Positions 49,882-59,941 are shown, numbered from the whole stretch's first letter. The stretch: 63,982 nt of DNA, filler included, from an uncultured bacterium (GCA_964609495.1; 5 parts of 5 records of this genome joined end to end with filler, not necessarily neighbours in it), one strand, 5' to 3'. Program-made: numbers and translations. Notes: generated by a model not told the origin, from the sequence alone.

Positions 49882-50736
49882 CTAATTATGAATTAACCTC
49901 CATAGAGCATCACTTAAAACACCAAATTCCTCTAAAGATAGCGTCTCTGCCCTTCGCCCTCCCTCTATTCCGCTCTCGATAAGTGCTTTCTCCACAAGCT
50001 CTCGATCCAACTCCTCTATATCCGAACCGATCAGAGAATTGCGCAGAGTCTTGCGCCTCTTCCCAAAGGAGGCTTTGACTATCCTGAAGAAAAAATCCTC
50101 ATCTATCGTCTCAATAGGAGGTTTATCTCTTGGAATCAGCTGGACTAGGGAGGAGCGAACTTCAGGGCGAGGAAAGAAAGAATTCCTAGAGATGCCGAAT
50201 AGGATATGAACTTGAGCGTAATATTGTGCCACCAGGGAGAGGATACCATTCTTTTTATTCCCCGGCTGAGCGGCTAGGCGCTCGGCTACCTCCTTTTGAA
50301 CTGTTATCACCATATATTCAAGAGGGAGTCTATCTTCAAGTAACTTTCTGATTATATGAGTGGCTACATAATAGGGCAGATTAGCCACCAGCTTAAAGGA
50401 TGCAGGGGTAAGCTCTTTATATCTTATCTGTAAAGCATCCGCTCTTATAATATCTATATTATCATAGGGGGATAATATCTCCTCCAAGACGCGCAGCAAT
50501 CCCTGATCTACCTCGATAGCGATAACCCTCCGCACTCTCTCCGCTAAAGCCCGAGTCAAAATCCCTATCCCTGCTCCGATCTCTACTACGGTATCATCTT
50601 CCTTAAGATCTGCCGCGGCTATTATCTTATCTAGAACATTGTTATCAACTAAGAAATTCTGTCCTAACCTTTTAGCAAGCCTTAAATTATACCTGTTTAA
50701 TATCTCCACAACTGAACTTGGAGAAGTCAACAACAT
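49882..50736 (-). CDS. rsmA: 16S rRNA m6(2)A1518/1519 dimethyltransferase
   Basis: LGQNFL, EIGAGIG, ANLPYY, QKEVAERL, RRKTLRNSL. Confidence 0.96.
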   Translation of the reverse strand: MLLTSPSSVVEILNRYNLRLAKRLGQNFLVDNNVLDKIIAAADLKEDDTVVEIGAGIGILTRALAERVRRVIAIEVDQGLLRVLEEILSPYDNIDIIRADALQIRYKELTPASFKLVANLPYYVATHIIRKLLEDRLPLEYMVITVQKEVAERLAAQPGNKKNGILSLVAQYYAQVHILFGISRNSFFPRPEVRSSLVQLIPRDKPPIETIDEDFFFRIVKASFGKRRKTLRNSLIGSDIEELDRELVEKALIESGIEGGRRAETLSLEEFGVLSDALWRLIHN

Positions 50737-50791
50737 CTTTAGGGGGAGGAATCCTCCCCTCTACCCCTCCTATTTTAATAGAGATAGGAGA

Positions 50792-52495
50792 TCAATCTCC
50801 TATCTTATAATACCTACTTTCCCTACTCTCCTTTCCTTCCACCGAGAAGCTACTTCCCATGGCTTTCACTGGTTCAAAGATCCCTGTTAATTCCTTAATA
50901 TTCTCAGCGAAGAACTGACGACTCCGATATCTGGTCCAATTCGATATATTGCCTAGATCCTCTAGGAACTCCGCTCCTATATTTAGTAGCTTCTCAACAT
51001 CTAGATAATTCATTCTCTTAAAGGAGTCTGGGAAATGAGAACGAACCTCCCTATATTTTTTATCTCCCTCTAAACTCCGGCTTCTTCCTTTAGAGGTGTT
51101 GATTATCCTCTCTATAGCTTCTAGGCTGTTGCTCAGGACCAGGAAACCATCGACTACGGTATAAGCAGGACTGGCAATATCTCCAAAGGGAGATGGGTAA
51201 TATACTACTTTCTGCCCGACAACTTCCCTCTCCTTCGCCTCTATAGCCACTTCAGGATCTTCGGCTATGTCCTCGGTAAGCACCTCTCCTAAGGGTGTTC
51301 TTATCTTATCCATAAATTCCCAAGCTTTATCCTCATCCGTGACCCCAAGCAGAGCGACCGCTTGAGGATAGAAGAGCACCGAATCGATCTTAGTGATAAG
51401 TAGAGCGTAGCCTACTTCACTCCCCAGCCAAGGGGCTATATCCTCAAGGAAGTCGATCTTACCAGCTTCCTCCAAACGTCTCAATTTATCGCCAGCACTC
51501 CGAGGGGCGACTTCCTCCTCATCGCGCTTTAATAAGCGATCCCAAGCGGAAGATGGAGAGAGAGAAGTCAAGGAGGAATAATAGACAGCCTCCGCAGGAA
51601 TCAGCTTGAGGGAACTAGGCTTCCTCTTACTAGTTGGGCCTGATAATAAGGCAAGCGAAGGAGGTTCGCTCTTATATAAAGTATATCTTTCCTCCAAAAG
51701 TCCTCCTCTATCCAAATTCAATTTTATCCCCAATCCTAGCATCCCCTCAAGATGCTCAGAACTTCTCTGATACCAATATCGGGTGAAGTAGGGATTGTCT
51801 GCTAATTCCGACATATTAAGATAGGCTAAAGCCTCAGCTTCGCCCTTGAGTTCCTCGTTGACCTTCTTGAAATTATCATCAGAGAGGAGAGAATCGCCTC
51901 CGCCGCGATATAGATCGATGGCCTGTTTGAGACGCGAGATGTTGCTACCCATTATCACCAAATTATCTAGGGAACAGTATCCAGCTTCTATTCCCTTATC
52001 TTCATCTTGGACGATATATAGAGATAAGTCATTGTATTTAGTCGATTCAAATCTATCCTGATATCTGCTCAAGAATTCGGTGACTTTCCTACTTATGCCG
52101 GCTTTAGTTATGAAGATAAAATCGACTGTAGGGAATCCATAGATCGCAATTGCAGTTGAATCGCCCAGCAATTTATTTATATTATCGCGATCGAATTTGA
52201 AACCGACTAACCTCTCTAACTCCCTCAACTTATCCTGAAGACGAAGCCATTGGCGAAGCCTGAGGAAGTCCTGCCAAGCCTTAGATTTGCTAAAGCTAGG
52301 CCAAAAATCGGAATCGAGGAAATCGTTGAAGTTATCCTCGGCTTCGCTCATCGCGAAGTAGATCAAAGGCGTCTCTGGAACTAGTCCGGGAATCCTATCT
52401 CTGATGTCATCTGAAGGACGCCCTTGAGCAGTGCTATTCATCAGTAGAAAGCAGAGAAGTATTATACCAACAAAGAGCGAGAGCGATTTACTCAT
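50792..52495 (-). CDS. Exported protein, DUF3352-like
   Basis: Signal peptide, DIAPWLGSEV, AY.VVDGFLVL, F..V...L repeats. Confidence 0.65.
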   Translation of the reverse strand: MSKSLSLFVGIILLCFLLMNSTAQGRPSDDIRDRIPGLVPETPLIYFAMSEAEDNFNDFLDSDFWPSFSKSKAWQDFLRLRQWLRLQDKLRELERLVGFKFDRDNINKLLGDSTAIAIYGFPTVDFIFITKAGISRKVTEFLSRYQDRFESTKYNDLSLYIVQDEDKGIEAGYCSLDNLVIMGSNISRLKQAIDLYRGGGDSLLSDDNFKKVNEELKGEAEALAYLNMSELADNPYFTRYWYQRSSEHLEGMLGLGIKLNLDRGGLLEERYTLYKSEPPSLALLSGPTSKRKPSSLKLIPAEAVYYSSLTSLSPSSAWDRLLKRDEEEVAPRSAGDKLRRLEEAGKIDFLEDIAPWLGSEVGYALLITKIDSVLFYPQAVALLGVTDEDKAWEFMDKIRTPLGEVLTEDIAEDPEVAIEAKEREVVGQKVVYYPSPFGDIASPAYTVVDGFLVLSNSLEAIERIINTSKGRSRSLEGDKKYREVRSHFPDSFKRMNYLDVEKLLNIGAEFLEDLGNISNWTRYRSRQFFAENIKELTGIFEPVKAMGSSFSVEGKESRESRYYKIGD

Positions 52496-52886
52496 ATTAT
52501 CTCATCCTTTCCGAGGTAGGCGGATACTCCGAAGACTACCCCTAATTATAATAAGATTTTATATCGGTTTTGTCTCATTTATTTTTGACTTTATTATAAC
52601 ATACTAGTCGAGATTTTGCTAATATTTTATGAAGACTGCTATCTTGGAGTACAAACACCATTACGAGGTTTTCCTTATCTCAGAGTCCTACATCTAGCTA
52701 TAAAGATAGCATCAGAAGTCAGCTATAGTGCGATTCGATATTGAGAAATCCGAGTCTAAAGCCGGGCAGACAAAAATCTTCATACATTATTCGCTAAATC
52801 GAAAAAATTGCCTCCTCTATACAGACCTTAACTAGAGGATTTATTTTTATAAGAAAAATAAATTCCGATATTTGGCTGATAACCTA

Positions 52887-52915
52887 TTGACATTTTCTCA
52901 ATAATATATTAAAAT
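52887..52915 (+). promoter_or_regulatory. Promoter of the XRE-TPR regulator
   Basis: TTGACA-17 bp-TAAAAT. Confidence 0.6.
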
Positions 52916-52982
52916 AGGATATAAATAATATATTTCTATTAAAGTTTTATATTATAAAAATATGGATTGGGGGTGTCAGCTT

Positions 52983-54953
52983 ATGAGCTCATTACATATA
53001 TTCATTGATAATGTTCGGAGAAAGATGAGCAAGAAGGAACTCAAAGCTAGAGAATTAGCTAAGCTGATAGGGCTAAGCCCTTCTTACCTCTCCTTAATCC
53101 TCAGCAAGAATAGGGACAACTTGAATGATAGAGTTAAAGATAAGATAGCGATAGCTTTGGGCACCACGGTAGCTGAACTTTATACTGAGCTAAAAGTGAA
53201 AGATAAGGATGAGGAACTCCCCACCCTTCTAAGAAGCCAACTCGAAGAGGAAGAGAGGATAAGGAGAGATTATCGAGAGCTATTTGAAGATTGGTTATAT
53301 CTCCTCAAATTGGACGATGATAAGTTAAAATTAGCTCTATACTATAGTTACGGCTCCTTGACTGATAAGGAAGTAGCAGCTCTATCTCGTTTCTTTCAGG
53401 ATACTATAGAGAGATATCAGCTCTCGTTGAAAGGGGAGGGGAAGGAGTATATCAAAGAGAAATTGCTCTATGATCTGAAGGAGGAGGAAAGGGAATTACT
53501 ATCCTTTATAGCTCTAGCTGGGAATGTCGCTTCCTTACAGATATTGAAATTTTTGATTGATGAGGAAGAAGAGGTATTAAAGGATCAACTCCAGAGCTTG
53601 AAGGAGAGGAATTTATTAAGTCTATATATATCCAACAGTGATATAGATATAAAGATAAACGATCTGGATATTAGAGATATAGCCTATAATTTTCTAAATC
53701 CTGCCTACCGGCAAGAAATACACCACCGTATAGCTGAGTATTTGGAGGAAAAGAAGGGTGATAAGGAGGAGTTAATATATGAGATAGCTCATCACTATAA
53801 ATATAGTGGTGAGGTGAAGAAATCCCTAAAGTATGCCCAAGAGGCTGGGGAAAAAGCTATGAGGGAACATCGCTATAAGGAAAGTCTTATGTATTTCCAA
53901 GATGTCCTAGCTATAGCTGAACTTTATCCAGAGCAATCCTCGCTAATAGGCTATCTCCAGAGGATGATCGGAGATGCCTACTATTATCAAAGTTATTGGA
54001 GTAAAGCCTTAGCATATTATCAGCTCTCCTTAGAGACCTCCAAGAAGAATAAAGATAATTATGGTATAGCTAGAGCCTATTGTTCCCTGGGCTATACCTA
54101 CTTTGTTCAAGGGCACTTCAATAAAGCCATAAATTATCTTGAAAAAGGGTTAGCCACTCCCGCGGTAGAGGATAACTCTCTAAAAGCACTGCTGTTCATC
54201 AATTTAGGTGATGTATATACCAGGGAGGGAAGATGGGAGAAGGCGATCGAGCATCTGGAGAAAGCTGTAGCGATAGCAACTGATAACGAAGACCTATACT
54301 ATACAGGAAGAGCTACGATCTCCTTAGGATTAGTTTATTATCGCCAAGGCGAGACTAAGGAGGCTATAAGCTATACGGAAAAGGCGATCGAGATATTTGA
54401 AGAACTAGGGGATAAGAAATATCTAGCCATAGCTTTCAATGACTTAGCTATAGCTTTATCTAAGCAAGGGAAGTTCGAAGAGGCTCTAAGGCGAGAGAGA
54501 AGAAGCATCGAACTCAAGAGGGAATTGGGACTGAGTCATTCCCTAGCCTATTCCTATACCGAGATCGCTCAAATATACCTCGCTGACGGGCAGTTGGATA
54601 AAGCCTCTCTCTACTGTGATCGGGCTCTGGATATTCTAAGGAAGGGAGAGGACGAATTAGAGATAGCCCGGGTATATAATGTGTATGGCAATATCTCAAG
54701 ATTTCATCAGCAATGGGAAAAAGCTGAGGGTTATTACTTAAAGAGCATAGATATCTTCTTGAAAAATAATGATATCTATGGTCTCAAGTTAGTCTCCAAG
54801 GACTATACCGATATGCGTATCCTACAGAGAGAGGACTTTAATCTGGGGCAAGTCTATCTCGATTATAGCCTGATGCTAAAGAATATGGGTAGAGATGAGG
54901 AAGCACTAGTTTACCTAAGAAAAGCGCAAAGAATAACAAAAAATATCGACTAG
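52983..54953 (+). CDS. XRE-family HTH regulator with a long C-terminal TPR array
   Basis: ELAKLIGLSPSYLSLI HTH, R..AY..L....RQEIH.RIAEYLE...IAHHY linker, about 8 TPRs. Start 52983 or 52962. Confidence 0.85.
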   Translation: MSSLHIFIDNVRRKMSKKELKARELAKLIGLSPSYLSLILSKNRDNLNDRVKDKIAIALGTTVAELYTELKVKDKDEELPTLLRSQLEEEERIRRDYRELFEDWLYLLKLDDDKLKLALYYSYGSLTDKEVAALSRFFQDTIERYQLSLKGEGKEYIKEKLLYDLKEEERELLSFIALAGNVASLQILKFLIDEEEEVLKDQLQSLKERNLLSLYISNSDIDIKINDLDIRDIAYNFLNPAYRQEIHHRIAEYLEEKKGDKEELIYEIAHHYKYSGEVKKSLKYAQEAGEKAMREHRYKESLMYFQDVLAIAELYPEQSSLIGYLQRMIGDAYYYQSYWSKALAYYQLSLETSKKNKDNYGIARAYCSLGYTYFVQGHFNKAINYLEKGLATPAVEDNSLKALLFINLGDVYTREGRWEKAIEHLEKAVAIATDNEDLYYTGRATISLGLVYYRQGETKEAISYTEKAIEIFEELGDKKYLAIAFNDLAIALSKQGKFEEALRRERRSIELKRELGLSHSLAYSYTEIAQIYLADGQLDKASLYCDRALDILRKGEDELEIARVYNVYGNISRFHQQWEKAEGYYLKSIDIFLKNNDIYGLKLVSKDYTDMRILQREDFNLGQVYLDYSLMLKNMGRDEEALVYLRKAQRITKNID

Positions 54954-54966
54954 TGTATCTTGAGGG

Positions 54967-55155
54967 GATAATGATAACAAGTTTATACTAACTATCCGTG
55001 ATAACGGCGTCGGCTTCCCGAAAGACTTGAACCTTCGGAATACAGAATCATTAGGTTTGCGATTAGTACACACCTTAACCGATCAGCTTAAGGGAACTAT
55101 TGAGCTTGATAGCAATGGTGAAACAACATTTAGGATTAGGTTTGCTAAGCTATAA
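54967..55155 (+). pseudogene. C-terminal HATPase fragment of a HisKA_2-type histidine kinase
   Basis: Hand translation DNDNKFILTIRDNGVGFPKDLNLRNTESLGLRLVHTLTDQLKGTIELDSNGETTFRIRFAKL*. In-frame TGA at 54961 and no start codon. Confidence 0.85.
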
Positions 55156-55171
55156 GGAAGGGGGAAAGAAA

Positions 55172-55249
55172 ATGGCAAATGCCCAGATTCTAGTTGTTGA
55201 AGATGAGAAAATCGTAGCTGAGAACATACGAGACAGGTTGAAAAGTTTG
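55172..55249 (+). CDS. Receiver-domain protein N-terminus, truncated by the contig end; paralog of 12826
   Basis: 76/78 nt identical to 12826-12903, both differences synonymous. Confidence 0.85.
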
Positions 55250-55349
55250 NNNNNNNNNNNNNNNNNNNNNNNNNNNNNNNNNNNNNNNNNNNNTTAATTA
55301 ATTAANNNNNNNNNNNNNNNNNNNNNNNNNNNNNNNNNNNNNNNNNNNN
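55250..55349. other. Artificial contig linker
   Basis: 100-nt N run containing TTAATTAATTAA. Confidence 0.97.
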
Positions 55350-55357
55350 ATTAAGTT

Positions 55358-56383
55358 ATGAGATCATACTGGTTATGGGCATATAGATTGCTAATAGTAG
55401 TGCTACTTCTCTTCAGCTTCACATTTATACTTCCCGATTCAACCTCGGCTGATGGAGCATTCTTCTCTGGATATTACCAGGACGTAATTGAACCAGCTCA
55501 GAAAGCTGTGATCGTATATGATGACAACATAGAGAAGCTGATCATTCAAGTGAAATTCGAGGGCAAAGTTACGGATTTCGCTTGGGTGGTCCCAGTTCCC
55601 AACTATCCGGGTGTCGAAGAGGCAGAAAAGGTTTTATTCGCGGAATTATCGAATCTAACTAGCCCTCCGACAAATTACGGAGATATACACTACGGATGTG
55701 GATGCATAGCTGAAGGAGACAGACTCGCCCCTAAAGAAGGAGGAGTTGACATCTGGGAGGAGAAACGAGTCGGAAACTACTCGGTAACTATCCTGAGCGC
55801 AGATGACTCTCAAGCCTTGATAAACTGGCTTGGGGATAATGGTTATGTTTTTCCCGATACCGCGCAAAGCATTGTGGAATACTACGTTAAAAATAACTGG
55901 TTCTTCGTGGCGATGAAAATAGATGCTTCAACCATCGAGGTAGATGAAACAGGTCGCATATATGGAGCAATCGAGCCAGTTCGCTTAAGCTTCACCTCGG
56001 ATACCATAATTTACCCTATGAAGCTCTCCTCTTTAAGCGCTGCCGAGACTCAAAATGAGATATTGCTTTATATCTTCGCCGATTATCGCGTCTATCTATC
56101 CGAAGCTCATCTCGAATATGCGCAGTGGGTAGAGGGGGAAGAACTAGGAGGAGAATATCCCGCCTTAGCGAAGATAGTTGATCGCAAAATGTTTCTATCT
56201 AAGCTGAGAATTTTTCTCTCCGCTGAGGAAATGAATTACGATCTTCTATTATACTCAGCATCGAATAACAAAGAATATCTTCAATCAGCCGCACTATCTC
56301 CTAGTCCTATCAATCAATTTCTCCTCATCATTGGCGTTGCCTTAGCACTTATCTACGGAAGGAGGATAAAAGGAAGAAAGTAA
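55358..56383 (+). CDS. DUF2330 domain protein
   Basis: Q.AVI, FAWVVPVP, WL..NGY, YV...WFFVAMK, YPMKLS. Signal peptide and C-terminal TM. Confidence 0.85.
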   Translation: MRSYWLWAYRLLIVVLLLFSFTFILPDSTSADGAFFSGYYQDVIEPAQKAVIVYDDNIEKLIIQVKFEGKVTDFAWVVPVPNYPGVEEAEKVLFAELSNLTSPPTNYGDIHYGCGCIAEGDRLAPKEGGVDIWEEKRVGNYSVTILSADDSQALINWLGDNGYVFPDTAQSIVEYYVKNNWFFVAMKIDASTIEVDETGRIYGAIEPVRLSFTSDTIIYPMKLSSLSAAETQNEILLYIFADYRVYLSEAHLEYAQWVEGEELGGEYPALAKIVDRKMFLSKLRIFLSAEEMNYDLLLYSASNNKEYLQSAALSPSPINQFLLIIGVALALIYGRRIKGRK

Positions 56384-56411
56384 CTCCCCTCAAAGCTCAT
56401 ATTAAGAAATA

Positions 56412-56435
56412 AGCGGTCGAGATTCTTCGACCGCT
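56412..56435. terminator. Hairpin between convergent genes
   Basis: AGCGGTCGA/TCGACCGCT. Confidence 0.6.
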
Positions 56436-56464
56436 ATGCTCCGATCTTCTATAAGTAATCTATA

Positions 56465-56905
56465 TTAATATTCTTCCTCAATCATGCCCGGTCCTTGCAT
56501 CATCATACCTTGCATCAAAAAAGGAGCTAATCCCTGTATGATATCGCTCAGAGGAGCAAGGGGACCTGGCTGAACGGGAAGTATTTTAGCTTCCCCCTCA
56601 GATATGACGAGAAAAGCGATAGGGGTTATCATACCGCCGCCACCGCCGCCTCCACCTTCCTCTCCTCCTATCTCACTGCCACCAGCTCCAAAACCAAAGC
56701 CAAAGCCGATGCTAGCTACTGGAATAATGGTCATTCCATCAGCTTCAATAGGAGTCCCGAAAGCGGTATCCACCTTAAGAGTATCCTTTATCTGGCTTGT
56801 AATTGCCTCAAGCATTTTGCTGCTTATCCCCTCTTCCGCGTAAGCGACGCTTGTGAGCAAAGCGAGAACCCCGATTAACGTCGAGATCAATAAAGCTCTT
56901 TTCAC
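56465..56905 (-). CDS. GerW/YtfJ family protein with signal peptide
   Basis: GTPI...G.TIIPVAS.GFGFG.G.G...GGGGGG.I.PIAFLVI. Confidence 0.85.
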   Translation of the reverse strand: MKRALLISTLIGVLALLTSVAYAEEGISSKMLEAITSQIKDTLKVDTAFGTPIEADGMTIIPVASIGFGFGFGAGGSEIGGEEGGGGGGGGMITPIAFLVISEGEAKILPVQPGPLAPLSDIIQGLAPFLMQGMMMQGPGMIEEEY

Positions 56906-56918
56906 CGAATATCCCTCC

Positions 56919-57821
56919 TTAATACAATAGTTTTTCTAATTCTTCTTGAGCTTTCTCGTTCATTGGATCCAATTCTAACACTTTTTCAAATTCAACTATT
57001 GCCTCTACCTCATCCCCTTTCTTCTCATAAGCTATCCCTAACCAGTAATGAGCTTCAACATTATCCGGCTCCATTTTCAGGACAGATGAGAGATCCTCTA
57101 TAGCTCCTCTTGTATCCCCTACAACTGGAGGAAAGGTGAGGCGCATTTTACCTCTCTCCAACAGAGCCCTAGTATTCTTAGGATTCAGTCCGATAGCTAT
57201 CTCTAATTCTCTAGCTGATCCCATCCCATAAGATAGCTTAGAACTCATATCGGAAACCCCTTTTGATAATTCCAAGAAAGCTATTGCTAACCAGGTATGA
57301 GCATCTGAACTGAGGGGATCTAATCTGATGGCTATCTTGAACCCCTTTATAGCCTCCTCTAAATCGTCTCTTCGGAGGAGAATCCTACTTAGTCGTATGG
57401 CTAGATCCACGACTCTTGGAGCTACATCCTCCCCTATTCTCTTTATCTCCTCCCCTTCCTCCTTACCATAGGAGAGGAACTTTTCAATAGCTTTAGCCAT
57501 AATCTCTTTTCTCTCCACGGGAAAGGACTTTATCCTTCCCTCGGATACGATCATAAAGACTGGAGCTTCAGCTCTTACCCCTTGCTCAGATATCTCTTCG
57601 TCCGAAGCTAACCCAAATAAAACAATAGACACCGGAATGATGTCAACTCCTTGACTGTTGGTGATCCTGTAACCAATAGCTTCGTCGGGGGTAAGCGTCC
57701 TCTCCATAAGCTCATCCAGAAGTTTATGAACATCGGATTCATCCGTTGCTAGAACTGGCGAGATAGCTGAAATTAGAATAGCAACTGAAATTAGGGTTGA
57801 GAATAGAACTTTTATCTTCGT
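56919..57821 (-). CDS. Divergent GerW/YtfJ domain fused to TPRs, with signal peptide (non-canonical start)
   Basis: IG..I....G.DIIPVS.V.FG...APVFMIV plus C-terminal TPRs. The frame extends to a signal peptide beginning at ACG 57821. Confidence 0.65.
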   Translation of the reverse strand, partial: TKIKVLFSTLISVAILISAISPVLATDESDVHKLLDELMERTLTPDEAIGYRITNSQGVDIIPVSIVLFGLASDEEISEQGVRAEAPVFMIVSEGRIKSFPVERKEIMAKAIEKFLSYGKEEGEEIKRIGEDVAPRVVDLAIRLSRILLRRDDLEEAIKGFKIAIRLDPLSSDAHTWLAIAFLELSKGVSDMSSKLSYGMGSARELEIAIGLNPKNTRALLERGKMRLTFPPVVGDTRGAIEDLSSVLKMEPDNVEAHYWLGIAYEKKGDEVEAIVEFEKVLELDPMNEKAQEELEKLLY

Positions 57822-58012
57822 TTTAATATCCCCCCTTTCCCAATAAAATTTTTGAGATATCCGTCATATCCTCTTAAAATCATAAAATTTTACTTGATAA
57901 GTCCCCAAAAGTTCAGTATAATAATAAAAACTTATGTTTAATTAGATTATACTATAATTATAGTTAGAAATCAAGAAAAATTAAGCATAATTTTGCTAAA
58001 AAGCGAGGAATT

Positions 58013-59056
58013 TTGGAAAGGAGCTCAGATATAGTGAAGAATTGGGATATGAATAAAATAAATCTTGCTATCATTGGTTGTGGAGCAATAGCTGATGTTC
58101 ACGCTGAGAATGTATTGTCTATGTCGGATAGAGTAAATCTTTCCGCAGTAGTGGATATCGATGAGGAAGTAGCACAAAGAAAAGCTCTCCTCTGGCGAGT
58201 AAAGGACTACTATACCGACTATCGAGAAGTTCTCAAAAGAGATGATATTACCGCGGTTGATATATGTCTTCCTCATTATCTTCATAAGCCAGTGACCATT
58301 GAGTCAGCCGAGGCTGGGAAACATATCCTCTGTGAGAAGCCGATAGCCAACACTCTTGAGGAAGCAGAGGCTATGATCGAAGCCGCTCGTGAATCTGGAG
58401 TGAAGTTGATGATCGCTGAAGTGGTATGTTACAATCCCTTATATCATCAGATCAAAGAATTAATCGAGCGAGGATATGTAGGGGAGATATTTATGATTAG
58501 GATGACGAGAGAACATGAGATGCACCAATACTTGAGAGAGCGACCTTGGTTCTTGGATAAGAGGAAAGCTGGAGGAGGTATTATGATGGCTGGTGGAGTG
58601 CATGATATTGAGGTTATGCGAATGCTTGCGGGAGAGATAACGAGTGTCTATTCTCGCCAAGCTAGAAAATCGCTCAAAGAGATGGAAGGAGATGACACTT
58701 CAGCCGCTATCTTCGAATTTGAGAATGGAGCTATCGGCACTTTAATTGAGAGCTTTTCGATCAAATGTCCGAAGACCGCTTTTAGATTATGGGTTCATGG
58801 CGATCTAGGGACGATAGCGATAATCAATCCAGGTGAGTTGACTTTATATAGCGATAAGATAAAGGAGTTCAAGGGTGAGATCAAGCTCGAGGTTGAGAGG
58901 GAGCCAGATCCGTTCTATAGCGAGATCGAACATTTTCTAGATTGTGTTCAGTATGATAGAGAGCCAAAGACCAACGGTGAAGCAGTTTTAAAGACGCTCA
59001 AGGTTATTATATCAGCCTATAGATCTATGGAGACTGGAGAGAGGATAATTGTATGA
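58013..59056 (+). CDS. Gfo/Idh/MocA oxidoreductase
   Basis: IIGCGAIA, AGKHILCEKP, GGG.....GVHDI. Start may be the ATG at 58049. Confidence 0.92.
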   Translation: MERSSDIVKNWDMNKINLAIIGCGAIADVHAENVLSMSDRVNLSAVVDIDEEVAQRKALLWRVKDYYTDYREVLKRDDITAVDICLPHYLHKPVTIESAEAGKHILCEKPIANTLEEAEAMIEAARESGVKLMIAEVVCYNPLYHQIKELIERGYVGEIFMIRMTREHEMHQYLRERPWFLDKRKAGGGIMMAGGVHDIEVMRMLAGEITSVYSRQARKSLKEMEGDDTSAAIFEFENGAIGTLIESFSIKCPKTAFRLWVHGDLGTIAIINPGELTLYSDKIKEFKGEIKLEVEREPDPFYSEIEHFLDCVQYDREPKTNGEAVLKTLKVIISAYRSMETGERIIV

Positions 59057-59880
59057 TTAAGGATATCTCAAGGCAGAAGGAATTAATTCGGAAACTCAAG
59101 TCCCTTGCTTTGAAGGATCCTGATGTTGTAGGAGTAGCTGCTTATGGATCATTCACCAGAGGAGAACAGGATTACTGGTCCGATATCGAATTTTCAATAT
59201 TCGTTCGAGAGGAGAAGATAGAGGACTTCAAAGAGAATTGGAAGGATTGGATTGGGCAGATAGATAGATTACTCGTGGCTTTTATAGCGTATGGCGAACA
59301 TCAATGGGTAGTATTCGAGAATCTAGTTCGAGGGGAGTTCACCTTCTTCAAGGAAGCGGAGATGGGCATATATGATGCCCTGCCTATATCTATAATCTCT
59401 GTAGAATCGACAGTTCTAGTTGATAAAACCGAGGGAAGGGAACTAACCAAGATCTGTGAAAAGCTCGTTAATAAGCCGATAAATATCGATCAAGAAAAGG
59501 AGTTTGAGAGGATAACCTCGGAGTTTTGGTATCATTCCCTTTATGGATTAGGGCTCTTCAAGAGGAGAGAACTTTGGCACGCTCGTCAAATAATCGATAT
59601 GATGAGGGTCTGGCTCATCCAATTGCTCAGACTTCGATGTGAATACGTTGAGGAACACTGGTTCTTGCCTTGGCGTCATATCGAAAGGGAATTCGATAAA
59701 GATACTTTAGCTAGATTAAATGCTACAGCTTCGGAATATGGAGAGGAGGAGATAGGATCATCCTTTAAGAGGATAGTTTCTTTCTTCCAAGATATAGCTT
59801 CTCCGCTAGCGGAGAAGAGAGGATGGGAATATCCCGAGGAATTAGCAGAAAGAGCTAGCAAGATGATTGCGAAACTTTGA
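59053..59880 (+). CDS. Pol-beta-fold nucleotidyltransferase, lincosamide nucleotidyltransferase LnuB/F/G-like
   Basis: QKELI, YGSFTRGEQDYWSDIEF and VFENLVRGEF match recalled LnuB motifs. Confidence 0.75.
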   Translation: MIKDISRQKELIRKLKSLALKDPDVVGVAAYGSFTRGEQDYWSDIEFSIFVREEKIEDFKENWKDWIGQIDRLLVAFIAYGEHQWVVFENLVRGEFTFFKEAEMGIYDALPISIISVESTVLVDKTEGRELTKICEKLVNKPINIDQEKEFERITSEFWYHSLYGLGLFKRRELWHARQIIDMMRVWLIQLLRLRCEYVEEHWFLPWRHIEREFDKDTLARLNATASEYGEEEIGSSFKRIVSFFQDIASPLAEKRGWEYPEELAERASKMIAKL

Positions 59881-59941
59881 TAGTGTTGACTTCTCAAATC
59901 CAATACTATAATTTGTATGAACCAATGGTAATAGCTGAGGG

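Noticed and set aside
52500-52880. Riboswitch or quorum-sensing propeptide beside the XRE-TPR gene
   Set aside because: No recognisable riboswitch consensus. The short ORFs lack a well-spaced SD and signal-peptide character.
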